From NCBI GenBank assembly GCA_037142195.1, contig JBAXBA010000041.1, forward strand, positions 1-29,270: a stretch of 29,270 nucleotides of DNA. Direction: 5' to 3'. The stretch is from Pseudomonadota bacterium (GTDB lineage: Bacteria; Bdellovibrionota_B; Oligoflexia; Oligoflexales; CAIMVM01). This document shows positions 18,867-28,132 of the stretch, in pieces. A model generated the notes under the pieces. It had not been told where the DNA came from, did not search any database, and saw only the letters and a list, made by a program, of their open reading frames with translations. The position numbers and the translations under genes are program-made. Positions within the stretch are counted from its first letter, which is position 1, and each line of letters starts with the position of its first letter.

Positions 18867-18980
18867 AGACTTTATGGCAACGAGCTTCCAAATACAGGGC
18901 TGCTTGTTCCCTCGGCTTATGAAAACCCAACACCGCGAATGGAATTCTGATGTTCAAGCAAGGGACCAGAATTAACAGAC

Positions 18981-19007
18981 AAAAAAAGAGGCTTTTCAGC
19001 CTCTTTT
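18981..19007. terminator. Bidirectional intrinsic terminator
   Basis: AAAAGAGGCT-TTTC-AGCCTCTTTT with A7 on the left, between convergent arfB and porin genes. Confidence 0.85.
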
Positions 19008-19029
19008 CTCATTCACTTAAATGCAGGTC

Positions 19030-20325
19030 TTAGAAGTTGTAAGCAAGCCTAACAAATGCAGAAGAAGCTTTCTTAGTCTTCTTGGCGCTGTTGCTAGCGT
19101 CCTCAAATACTTCGCCTTTAGCAGTGTCCATGCGGTATGCTAAGCTTCCAGTGAAAGCTTCGTAAGTGTACTTTCCGTAAACCTCAATGCGCTGAAGCGA
19201 TTGGTCTGCAAATGTTGTCTCATCAGCAGCGTTAGCTTCTGGAAGATCTGCTTTTTGCGTGGAGTTTTTAACTTTGATACCAGGAGTTACAGAACCGCCT
19301 TTGTACATGTCAGCCATTTTGTAGCCAACATCTAAGCCAAATCCGCTAAGATCGTACTTCATCTTGGCAGTTTTTTGATCTTCAGAAGCCATTTTATAGT
19401 CTACTGAGTAAACAACAGAATTTGTGCCCATGGGTTGAGCGCCAGAAACTTTCAAAGCAGTCCATGATTGATTGGTTTCAGTCGTTTCAGCGCCATCAGC
19501 TTTTTTGTAGGCGCCGATTTTAGTGCCGTCTGCTGCTAGAGCAGCGGATTCGTCTTTCGTTGTGATATACTCTAAACCAACTTTAACAGGACCCACCGGT
19601 GCAGATACCGCAAGACGTGATCCAGAATTATCAACCAATGTCGTAGGTACTTTACCAGTCGCTTCATCGAGTTTCATGGCGCCTTTGGAGGCAGTTGTGC
19701 TGAGTTCAATGGCTGCTGGTCCGGCTTCACCCTTAACCGTTAGTCCATATGCATTGGTTTTCCCATCGTCACCCAAGGCACCAAAATTTACACCGATATT
19801 CCAGCCAGAAACTGGCACTTCAAAAGTGATTCCAGGTGCTTCAACTTCTGAAAAACCATCATCAAACCAATAGAATGCTGCTTTGCTTGCAGTACTTTCA
19901 GAAGTAGCCTGGTAGTCAGGAGTATAAATTCCAGAACCTTGCTTATTACCTGCGGTGATTTTAACCATACCAAAATCCACACCGACAAAATACTTATAGA
20001 GGTTTACAAGGGTAACTGCCTCACCTGAAGTTCTTTTTGAGTAAACACCGTCAGTATCTGGTTTGGCGTGGTGATTGTCCAAGCTTTCAAACACAACGCC
20101 AGCAAACGTATGATCTTTCACAGCGTTAATCGCAAGATTGACGTTCAGTTCTTCAGTTCTTGCATAGGGAGATGCTTTCGTTTTAGAGCTAAGCAAATAC
20201 CATCTCGCTTCTACAGCACCGGTAGCACTAAGTTTCGCACCTTCATCTGCTGCCAGAGCTTGTGTTGAAGCTAGAGCAACGGCTACAAGTGGAAGACTCA
20301 AACTCTTCTTTAGACGAATTTTCAT
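19030..20325 (-). CDS. Outer-membrane beta-barrel porin-like protein
   Basis: Signal peptide ALA-A, alternating amphipathic strands, C-terminal RLAYNF beta-signal; SD AGGAG. Confidence 0.75.
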   Translation of the reverse strand: MKIRLKKSLSLPLVAVALASTQALAADEGAKLSATGAVEARWYLLSSKTKASPYARTEELNVNLAINAVKDHTFAGVVFESLDNHHAKPDTDGVYSKRTSGEAVTLVNLYKYFVGVDFGMVKITAGNKQGSGIYTPDYQATSESTASKAAFYWFDDGFSEVEAPGITFEVPVSGWNIGVNFGALGDDGKTNAYGLTVKGEAGPAAIELSTTASKGAMKLDEATGKVPTTLVDNSGSRLAVSAPVGPVKVGLEYITTKDESAALAADGTKIGAYKKADGAETTETNQSWTALKVSGAQPMGTNSVVYSVDYKMASEDQKTAKMKYDLSGFGLDVGYKMADMYKGGSVTPGIKVKNSTQKADLPEANAADETTFADQSLQRIEVYGKYTYEAFTGSLAYRMDTAKGEVFEDASNSAKKTKKASSAFVRLAYNF

Positions 20326-20578
20326 AAACTTCTCCTGTCATTTATTCTTTAGTGACTCATAAGTGAGCCATGTTAATGGGTATACTTTGGCACCCTTTTT
20401 ATATGAAGTAAAGAGTTCTTATCAGAATTCTTAAATAACTTTAAATAGTTGGAGCTGTTTTTGTTTTAATCAGTTATCTTGAACTCATTGAAGCTCAAGG
20501 TCTGTGGGATTGTGGAACCACCTTTTTTGAAACGTCTAGGCTCTATTAAGATTGTATTAATTGTATAAAAGGCAACCA

Positions 20579-21190
20579 ATGAAACCAGCTTCTCAATGGG
20601 AAACGATAGAATCACTTTGTTCCCAACTTTTAAAAAATGGTTATGCAGTGGAAACCATAGAACCTTCTCTAGTGGAATCATTAAATGCCGCACTTCAGAT
20701 ACATCGCATAGAAAATAGGTTTCATTCTGCAAGCATCGGACGGGGGCTTCATAAGGCAGTCAATAAAAGTATTAGATCTGATGAAATCTCATGGATCGAA
20801 GACTGGAGTGGTGCGCATTTAAGTGAGTTTTTTAAACTACTTTGTGAATTGCAAAAAGAATTATGTCGAAAATGCATGTTGTCGCTTAAACGATATGAAG
20901 GACATTTCGCTCTTTATCAAGAGGGCGAATTCTATGAAAAACACTTAGATAATCATCAAGGGAGAAATCATCGGCAGATTTCCACTGTGGTCTATTTAAA
21001 CGCCTGCATGGGAGGTGAGCTTTTGATTTATGGTGAAGAAGATCCCACCCAAGTAGTTAAAATCATTGCCACTAGCCCAGGACGTATCGTTCTTTTTGAC
21101 TCTAAACGCGTTTGGCACAAAGTCAGTCCTGCCCGTTCGGAAAGACGAAGTCTCGCCGGTTGGTTTCGAGATGACGAGGCTATTTTTTGA
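20579..21190 (+). CDS. 2OG-Fe(II) oxygenase, prolyl-4-hydroxylase (SM-20/PHD)-like
   Basis: IRSD.I.W, E.HFA.Y..G.FY.KHLD, YLN, GGEL, H.V.P and R.S.AGWF motifs. Confidence 0.88.
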   Translation: MKPASQWETIESLCSQLLKNGYAVETIEPSLVESLNAALQIHRIENRFHSASIGRGLHKAVNKSIRSDEISWIEDWSGAHLSEFFKLLCELQKELCRKCMLSLKRYEGHFALYQEGEFYEKHLDNHQGRNHRQISTVVYLNACMGGELLIYGEEDPTQVVKIIATSPGRIVLFDSKRVWHKVSPARSERRSLAGWFRDDEAIF

Positions 21191-21318
21191 TTCCTGTCTC
21201 AGATCGTACTTTGTAACAACCTGTTATTTATGCTTTCTCCAAAATTTTTTGTAAAAAACCTAAAGACCTTTTGCCGCCAGCCGAGACCTTGATTGTAACT
21301 GGCTCCAAGGAGGATAGC

Positions 21319-21600
21319 ATGGCCGATAAACAAGTGAAGGCTGCAGAAACGTCACCTGCAGAAAAGAAGACAGTCGCTAAGAAACGCCCCGTGGTTGGTG
21401 TAACCGGGGAGACCGAAAGACCTCAAAAAGTCGAATGGACACTGAAGCGCGTACAAAAGTATGCCCGTCGGTTTGCTTCGAGCAAGGATTGGTCTGAAAG
21501 TCATCCTTCCAGTTGGAAGGCTGCACTTGCCCATGGATGGGACAAAAAAGTTGCCTTTAAATCTGCGAAGCAAACTCGCAGCCTGCCTTTAGCTGGTTAG
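21319..21600 (+). CDS. Small basic hypothetical protein (93 aa)
   Basis: Strong SD AAGGAGG before ATG 21319 and a terminator immediately downstream. Confidence 0.75.
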   Translation: MADKQVKAAETSPAEKKTVAKKRPVVGVTGETERPQKVEWTLKRVQKYARRFASSKDWSESHPSSWKAALAHGWDKKVAFKSAKQTRSLPLAG

Positions 21601-21622
21601 TTTTAGTACCTCTCTCTAGTTA

Positions 21623-21656
21623 GGTCGCCTTCTGCTTACAGGAGGCGACCATTTTT
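21623..21656 (+). terminator. Intrinsic terminator
   Basis: GGTCGCCTTCTG-CTTA-CAGGAGGCGACC followed by ATTTTT. Confidence 0.8.
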
Positions 21657-21730
21657 CGTCAAGGCGCTAGGGATTTATGAGGCAGCCTGTGATATTCTAT
21701 ACTTCATTGTCTTTCTATTTCAGGTGACCT

Positions 21731-22921
21731 TTGACCGGGCTGAATCCAAAAACTAAACAGCTGATCTTTGGCAGCATGATATCACAAGTCTTGCCAGCTT
21801 CTTTTTTTGCGCTTTTCAATTTGTATTTAGTTAAGCTTTCTTTTTCAGCAGCCCAAATTGGTATTTTTAATTCCTACCGCTATCTCGTAGTCTTTTTGTT
21901 TTCAGTCCCCTTAGCTCTTTTTATTTCTGGCCCAATTGCCAAAAAGTGCCTGGCTGTCTCGGGCGTCTTGATGTCTCTATCGGGAGCCTTGATTCTTTAC
22001 GCCACCGCTCGTATGGAAACAGCCCTCATGACAGCTGGCATGTGGATGATGGGGATAGCGCTCCTTGTGCAGCAGTCAAGTATCATCCCTTCTATATTAG
22101 AACATGAGTCCGAAGCCAGCTCTGCGAAGGCCTTATCGTGGCACTTTGCGATGCTGAGTGCAGCGACCTTGTTAGTAGGGCTGGTAAGCCTGATCTTGTC
22201 ATGTTTGCCGGGCCCTCAACATCCGGTGGAGTATGTCCTCTGGGGAAGTGTGGCGGTATCTTGCCTGGGTGCTCCCTACTTGTTTATGGGGGTTCAGTCG
22301 GCTTTACCCCAGCACTCGAATCAAGTTTCCAATCCTTCTAAAGATATTTGGTTGAAAATAGCCAAACTTATCATCCCCCAATTTCTAATAAGTGTCGGTG
22401 CGGGGCTATCCATTCCTTATTTAAATCTTTTCTTTCATGAAAAATGGAGTCTTGATCATCAAGGCTTTATGCTCATCACCACGTGTTCCACCCTGGCAGT
22501 CATTGTGGCAAGTCTATGGGCTCATCGTTTAGCTGTGATCAGAGGGGAGCGTGCTTTGTGTGCCGGGAGTCAATATCTTTCTGTGGCTTGTTTGATCGGT
22601 CTTGGCTTTTGTGGCGGTCCCATTGGACTTCCTATTGCTTTAGTGCTGTTTTTTATGAGGCAACCTCTCATGAATATGGGAAGCCCTATCTTAAGCAAGT
22701 TCATGATGAACTATGTGGGAGAGCCCCATAGAAGATTGCTAGGTGCCTTGTCCCAAATGTCCTGGGGGCTGGGTTGGTTTGTGTCCTCGGTCGGCTATGG
22801 TATGATGAGGTCGAACGGATTTACGTGGACGGACATTTTTTTGGCGACGGGAGCCTGCTACCTTGTGGCAGGACTTTGGTATGCAGAACTTATGAAGGCA
22901 CCAAACCCTCAAGTCGCCTAA
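21731..22921 (+). CDS. MFS transporter
   Basis: 396 aa, about 12 hydrophobic segments; FNLYL..L.....QIG, GAGL.IPYLNLFF and R..LMNM..P motifs. Confidence 0.85.
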   Translation: MTGLNPKTKQLIFGSMISQVLPASFFALFNLYLVKLSFSAAQIGIFNSYRYLVVFLFSVPLALFISGPIAKKCLAVSGVLMSLSGALILYATARMETALMTAGMWMMGIALLVQQSSIIPSILEHESEASSAKALSWHFAMLSAATLLVGLVSLILSCLPGPQHPVEYVLWGSVAVSCLGAPYLFMGVQSALPQHSNQVSNPSKDIWLKIAKLIIPQFLISVGAGLSIPYLNLFFHEKWSLDHQGFMLITTCSTLAVIVASLWAHRLAVIRGERALCAGSQYLSVACLIGLGFCGGPIGLPIALVLFFMRQPLMNMGSPILSKFMMNYVGEPHRRLLGALSQMSWGLGWFVSSVGYGMMRSNGFTWTDIFLATGACYLVAGLWYAELMKAPNPQVA

Positions 22922-22994
22922 CAGAAGCTAAAGTAGAGCCTTCCCAGAGAAAGCCGGAAATGAGATCAAAACTCATGGCTATGATTTTTGTATT

Positions 22995-23684
22995 TTGAGT
23001 CTTATCACCTTTACAAAGCGCTTTTGGATGGAAGTGGAAGAAGTCATTTCAACAACTCGATTAGATCTCCCCCGGCGGTTTAGCCTTTGGCATAACCAGG
23101 AAATAGTGACGTTTAAAATGGCATCCAGAGACGATGCGGGAGATTTAGTAGCTGCCCTTCAGGAGTCTAGAGAACACCTGAGTGCGCATTTTGATTGGGT
23201 TTCTCTTCCCCAAACCTATGCCAGACAACATGCGCGCCTCAAAGCCTTAGAGCAAGCGCAGCTTCTTAAGGAAGCCTATAACTTTCATCTCTATAGGAGC
23301 TCTAAGTTGATGGGCTCATTTTCTATGCACTGCCGACAAACAGACGAGGGTCCAGATTGGGAATTGGGCTACTGGATTCATCCAGACTACCTGCGCCAAG
23401 GACTTGGTACTTTGGCATTGTGCAGCGGGCTATGGCTTCAAAGAGAATTTTTAACAGGCAATGTCTATCTTCAGGTCCACATCCATAATCAAACAGGACT
23501 GCGGTTTTTGGCCAAAAACAATTTACGGGCGGAATCCATGACATCGCGAACCAACCTTTTTGGTGCCCAGGAGGAAATGATGATCTTTCGGCCACGGAAT
23601 ATAAAAAAACCAAATTTTGAAAGTTCGACGGTTGATTATATGATAGAGAGATGGACATTAAAGCTTATTGAGGTGGAGTGGTGA
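22995..23684 (+). CDS. GNAT N-acetyltransferase, RimJ/RimL-like
   Basis: ESREHL..HFDW, ELGYWIHPDY.RQGLGT and N.......K motifs; start uncertain. Confidence 0.75.
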   Translation: MSLITFTKRFWMEVEEVISTTRLDLPRRFSLWHNQEIVTFKMASRDDAGDLVAALQESREHLSAHFDWVSLPQTYARQHARLKALEQAQLLKEAYNFHLYRSSKLMGSFSMHCRQTDEGPDWELGYWIHPDYLRQGLGTLALCSGLWLQREFLTGNVYLQVHIHNQTGLRFLAKNNLRAESMTSRTNLFGAQEEMMIFRPRNIKKPNFESSTVDYMIERWTLKLIEVEW

Positions 23685-24193
23685 AACGTTGGGCAGGATT
23701 AAAGCAGTTAACCGAAGCCAAGGCATTAAAGGTTCAAAAGCGTTTGGCTCACTATTTACGTGGATATCGTAAACGATCAAACCTCACACAAAACGTTTTA
23801 GCAGACAACCTGGGCTATACGGAGCTTCACTATCGGCGACTAGAAGGCTCTCAGACTGATAATATCGTTGTAAAAGCCGTAGACACGCTCGCGTTCTTTG
23901 CAGAACTTCAAGATATGACCGCTATGGATTTTTTGGCCTATTTAGAGCATCGAACGCCAGACAACAAAGGGGAGTTGTTCCCCTGGGAAAAAACTCTCAT
24001 TCAAGCCTTTCATGAACTAGAACTAGAGACGCGCATGGGCTTTGTTCACAAGCTTTGTGGAAAAGCTAAAACAAAAGATGGCCGCGAGCGACTTCGACTT
24101 GTCATGGAAATTGCCATATCTCTTGAAGATCATCTTAATGAGGATCAACTTCAAAAATCCCTGAACTTTATAAAGAGTCTCTCCACGAAGTAG
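23681..24193 (+). CDS. XRE-family HTH protein
   Basis: LRGYRKRSNLTQNVLADNLGYTELHYRRLE; GTGA overlap with the GNAT stop; SD GAGG. Confidence 0.75.
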   Translation: MKRWAGLKQLTEAKALKVQKRLAHYLRGYRKRSNLTQNVLADNLGYTELHYRRLEGSQTDNIVVKAVDTLAFFAELQDMTAMDFLAYLEHRTPDNKGELFPWEKTLIQAFHELELETRMGFVHKLCGKAKTKDGRERLRLVMEIAISLEDHLNEDQLQKSLNFIKSLSTK

Positions 24194-24220
24194 ACGGAGT
24201 TTGACGAGGAAAGGACTCTC

Positions 24221-24832
24221 TTGGGGCGAAGTGTAGTGAGCAAAGCGAGCCTGAGATGCTCCGGATGCGCACAGATTCCCCGTTGGTGCATTTGTGACGC
24301 GATGCGTCAGCTTGTTCTTCCCCTGGACTTGGCCGTGATGATTCACCATTCGGAATTTTACAAACCCACAAGTACAGGTCAGTTGATACATAGAATTTTT
24401 CCAGCCTCAGATCTCATTCTTTTTAAACATGACATTCCCATACCTGAATCCACTCTTGTAAAACAAGACAGAGAACTCCTCATTCTTCATCCGTTTGGTG
24501 AGTCCTTGTCGCCGGTAGAAGATTTGTCTCAATCACGATTTTTGCTTCTAGACGGAAATTGGAGTCAGGCCGCAGGCATGTTAAAGCGCTTTGATCATCT
24601 GGGTCGAAAAGTCTCTCTACCCATGCAAGGAGCGTCCAGATTTTGGCTGAGGGAGAAACAAGCGGGTACCCGTTACAGTACTATAGAAGCCTTAATTTTC
24701 TTACTGAATCACTTCGGCCATTTAGAGTTGGCGAAGCAGTGCCAGGTCATCTTTGAAAGGCACGTGTATGCCGGCCTGCTGGCCCGGGGCAAAAAAGAGC
24801 TGGCAGCAGAGTATAAATGGGGAATGCCCTGA
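24221..24832 (+). CDS. DTW-domain tRNA-uridine aminocarboxypropyltransferase-like (TapT family)
   Basis: C..C......C.C, H..E..K.TSTG, LLLDGNWSQA..M, S.F.LR and ST.EA motifs. Confidence 0.85.
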   Translation: MGRSVVSKASLRCSGCAQIPRWCICDAMRQLVLPLDLAVMIHHSEFYKPTSTGQLIHRIFPASDLILFKHDIPIPESTLVKQDRELLILHPFGESLSPVEDLSQSRFLLLDGNWSQAAGMLKRFDHLGRKVSLPMQGASRFWLREKQAGTRYSTIEALIFLLNHFGHLELAKQCQVIFERHVYAGLLARGKKELAAEYKWGMP

Positions 24833-25075
24833 GTCAGAATGCCCTAACCCTCGCCTCACCTCTGATAGTCTAATTCCCCGTTCGAAAAGTGTCAGGGAAC
24901 GAAGAGGCCAGTTTATCTTGCCAATAATACAGCCGATTTCCGCGGAAGGTTGGCCATTAAAAATACATGAAAACCGTCTCAAGAGTTTGATAGCCCAAGC
25001 CGAGGTAGTTTCTAGAGCCAAGAATTTGGCTATGAAGCTTCCCCTGGGGCAGTTAGCCCTATTAAAGGAGTACTC

Positions 25076-25429
25076 ATGAAAGCCATTCGTCTTGATGCCA
25101 GAACCGCCCAAGAAATCTTAGGTGGGAGAGCGACTTGGCTCATGTCTTCAGCTTCTGATTGGCCGAAAGGTCATGTAGCGATATTACAGTCGTGTAGTGA
25201 TCTCATTTTAGGTCAAATATTTGTGATGGAATCTCGAGGACAAGTAAGTGAAGAGATTTTGCTTGAAAATCAGCATCTTCTTTCCCAGAGCGAGCGTGAT
25301 AACCTGCTTGCCGGCAAGTTTTCGAGCGGTGACTATTATGTTATTGTCTTTCGAACGCCTATAAAATATTTTTCAGCTGTTCCTTACCAAGATGTAGAAA
25401 AGGAAATACCTTTGCTGGATGCTGCATGA
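25076..25429 (+). CDS. ASCH/PUA-like domain protein (divergent)
   Basis: MKAI......A..IL.G..TW, G.VAI, ILG and P..Y..A.PY pattern; SD AAGGAG. Confidence 0.55.
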   Translation: MKAIRLDARTAQEILGGRATWLMSSASDWPKGHVAILQSCSDLILGQIFVMESRGQVSEEILLENQHLLSQSERDNLLAGKFSSGDYYVIVFRTPIKYFSAVPYQDVEKEIPLLDAA

Positions 25430-25947
25430 AAAACCCTGACTATCTTGCTTTAAGAATTAAAGTTCAGGAAAAAACCCAAGAACTCGAGCAACGCAATGCA
25501 GCCGACATTTCATGTAAGAAGGGCTGTAGCGGATGCTGTCGAGCTGGACTTTCCGTGTCCCCCATAGAGTTTGACTTTATTTCTAGTTTTTTAACAGGAA
25601 GTCCTGAGGCCTTGAAGGAAGCTTTAGAAGCAGAGCGCGATTTAAGGAAGTCCCCTGGAAGCTGTGGATTTTTAACTCTAAGCGGATCGTGTTCCATTTA
25701 TGAGGTCAGACCGATCATTTGCATGTCCCACGGCATTCCTATTCAAGCAAAAGTAGGCGAACAGATTCTAAAAAGTGTCTGCCCTTTAAACTTCAAAGAA
25801 GGTTTGGATCATCTTGAGAGTTCCAACTTTATAAATCTGGACCTTATCAATTCGATTCTAGGCCTGATTAACGCTAAAGACTATGAGAAATCTGCAGAAC
25901 GAAAATCCCTTATCCCTTCTGAGTTTTTGGATAGTGATATTAAGTAG
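25426..25947 (+). CDS. YkgJ family cysteine-cluster (zinc/iron-chelating) protein
   Basis: CKKGCSGCC and CGFL...G.CSIYEVRPIIC..HG.P motifs; ATGA overlap with the ASCH-like gene. Confidence 0.88.
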   Translation: MKNPDYLALRIKVQEKTQELEQRNAADISCKKGCSGCCRAGLSVSPIEFDFISSFLTGSPEALKEALEAERDLRKSPGSCGFLTLSGSCSIYEVRPIICMSHGIPIQAKVGEQILKSVCPLNFKEGLDHLESSNFINLDLINSILGLINAKDYEKSAERKSLIPSEFLDSDIK

Positions 25948-26259
25948 CAATAAACCTTTTAGGATTTTGAGGTCTAATAGTTTAAAGCTCATTAATGGTT
26001 AGTGGGTCAATTATCGTAGCCAAGAATTGTGTTGCTAGCTTAGGAGCCAAATGACCGAGGAGTCTTTGCTAGAGACCATTTCAAGTGTCATTCTGTCTTC
26101 GACTTATTACCGTTTATGATAAGATTTTTTGAGTTGAGCATGTTTTTAAAAAAATGGAATCCCTAAATATGTTTTAGTAACATTTTCATCTGGGCAGAGA
26201 AATTCCTGTTTGTTGTGACGAATCCAAAAACATCAATTGTAAAGCACATATTCAAAATA

Positions 26260-26520
26260 CCTAAAGCTAAAGCTTATCGCTCCTGTACTTGGATCCTTAA
26301 TCCCAGCAGCAAGGGCTTTGGTTTTGTAGTAGCTAGGAAAATCTTTGAAAATGAGCCTCTAGACTTTAGAGAACAGTTCTTTATTAGAATAGTACCGGTA
26401 ACGCATGGGAATAGGAAACGTCACTACAAACTGGCGGTAGGGAGCCATGGGGAGTGATCTACCAGGTGAGATGGAGCCACCTCCTGTCTTTTGGCAATAC
26501 AGGAAGGACAGAAACCTCTC
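26260..26520 (-). pseudogene. IS91-family transposase fragment (copy 1)
   Basis: Frameshifted RFLSFLYCQK...LPMAPYRQFVVTFPIPMRY...LFSKV and ..KALAAGIKDPSTGAISF; clearly similar at nucleotide level to 28388-28609. Boundaries approximate. Confidence 0.75.
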
Positions 26521-26524
26521 AATT

Positions 26525-28132
26525 TTAAAACATTGGTATGAGTCCAGGCCCGCGAGGGTTTGCACCTTGGATGGGGATTTGCCTGACATTGTCCGTAAAC
26601 AATATACTATTGACGGCATCCAATCCAGTGGTCACAGCGCGCTCCATAAGTGCATTGGGGAACTCCTGATAATCTACCCAATCGCCGGCAAACAATAATG
26701 ACTTTAGACCCAATATCTGTGCCGTATTTGCTGTTGGTCTGAATGCAAGTTGACCCACCTCAAAAGAAGTAAAATTACTGTAAGACCCTAGAGAAGAATC
26801 TAACACCTTAGCATTTTTTAACTCAGGTACAATAGCTTCAGCGTCGCTACGAATTTGTTCCCAAATAAAACCTGCAGATTTGCCTGAGAACTGCGGAGTA
26901 GCGTAAAGATGGAACTCAACAACGGAACCTCCAACTGAATCAGCCCACTGTCTGGATTCTGCTTCTAGCTTGTGAAGAAATGCTATGAGATTGATGGGTC
27001 TAGATTGTGGAGTTTCAATCACCGATTGTGCATCAGGACGCGAAGTTCCAACAGGGGAGTCAAACCAAATTCTCAAAATATGATACTTGGGTGCAGCCTT
27101 TAGGCGAGAAATATTTGCTTTTACTTTGTTGAGCGAGGCAGTCAGCTCAGGGACGCTGCTCGAGGACCCACCTAATACTTGGTGCGCTCCTGGAACGTCT
27201 GTGGCAAGAATCAATTGGTCGTAGGATTTTCCATCTGCAATCACTCCGTCTTTTCTAAATTCAACTTGTCTCACCGGGGAATTTAAAGTTAATTCACATC
27301 CTAGACTTCTAATGGCGGCGATCCAAGGATCAATAACAGCACTGCCGTGATCTTTTTTAGCAATGAACCTATTGAATGCTTTAGGATGCGACATAAAATA
27401 AAAGTGGGTCATTAGAGCAACGTCTGCTGCACTCATGGTTTGTGGGTCATTAAGAGTAACGCTAGCTGCTGGATACATCACAATGTCATAGAATTTTTTA
27501 TCAACACCAGTAGAATTTGCCCATTCTGGAAATGATATATTATCTAACTTTATACGCGTTTTGAAGTGGTTGTAGAACATCAAGTCGGGCAAAGCCCTCC
27601 AAGTCTGAATTGCATTCAATAGGGACAGATTTGGACTTTCCTTGATCATTGAAATTAGGTTTACCGGATAAGGGCCGACACTGCGGATCGTTTCTGGCAG
27701 ATAAGTTTTAAAATGAAAGTAGACCTCATTAAAAGGACGAAAGTTATCAGTAAGTCCAAGTTCGTCTAAAATTCGGTTGAAATTAAAGTACTGGTAAAAC
27801 CACATGTGAAGTCCGTGCTCTACGGCAAATTCTCCAGTCGATAGACGTTCTTGCCTGGTGTGAAGACGACCACCAAACATAGATGCAGCTTCACGCAAGT
27901 GAACTTTATAACCTCGCTTTGAGAGCTCTAAAGCTGCAGTTAAACCCGCAATTCCTCCTCCCACTACAAGAACATTTTTGGCTTTACCTTTTAGCGTTGA
28001 CGGCGCATCTGGGTTTTTAGGGAGAAGGATTTGTGACCTAAGTTCACTCTCATCGTTAATTAGTGTCCTACTCGCACATGCTGCAGCAAGCGGAGCAGTT
28101 GCCAAAATAGAGACAAAATTGCGTCGTTTCAT
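26525..28132 (-). CDS. FAD-dependent oxidoreductase, CrtU/amine-oxidase-like, with Tat lipoprotein signal
   Basis: GGGIAGL.AA..L...G..V.L.E....GGR, EHGLH.WF.QY.N and FAGDWV.....ALMERAV.TG..A.N motifs; N-terminal KRRNF...LAAAC. Confidence 0.85.
   Translation of the reverse strand: MKRRNFVSILATAPLAAACASRTLINDESELRSQILLPKNPDAPSTLKGKAKNVLVVGGGIAGLTAALELSKRGYKVHLREAASMFGGRLHTRQERLSTGEFAVEHGLHMWFYQYFNFNRILDELGLTDNFRPFNEVYFHFKTYLPETIRSVGPYPVNLISMIKESPNLSLLNAIQTWRALPDLMFYNHFKTRIKLDNISFPEWANSTGVDKKFYDIVMYPAASVTLNDPQTMSAADVALMTHFYFMSHPKAFNRFIAKKDHGSAVIDPWIAAIRSLGCELTLNSPVRQVEFRKDGVIADGKSYDQLILATDVPGAHQVLGGSSSSVPELTASLNKVKANISRLKAAPKYHILRIWFDSPVGTSRPDAQSVIETPQSRPINLIAFLHKLEAESRQWADSVGGSVVEFHLYATPQFSGKSAGFIWEQIRSDAEAIVPELKNAKVLDSSLGSYSNFTSFEVGQLAFRPTANTAQILGLKSLLFAGDWVDYQEFPNALMERAVTTGLDAVNSILFTDNVRQIPIQGANPRGPGLIPMF

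Noticed and set aside
1234..24391. Numerous 60-130 aa ORFs antisense to or nested in long genes
   Set aside because: Shadow ORFs of well-supported CDSs with no motifs or SD.
24753..25079. 108-aa ORF between the DTW and ASCH-like genes
   Set aside because: Overlaps the DTW gene by 80 bp, has no recognisable motif, and the ASCH-like gene has its own strong SD; a shorter real peptide cannot be excluded.
26215..26698. Plus-strand ORFs 26215-26457 and 26447-26698 (and the similar 28465-28653)
   Set aside because: Antisense to the IS91 remnants or the oxidoreductase; their mutual similarity only reflects the duplicated IS DNA.
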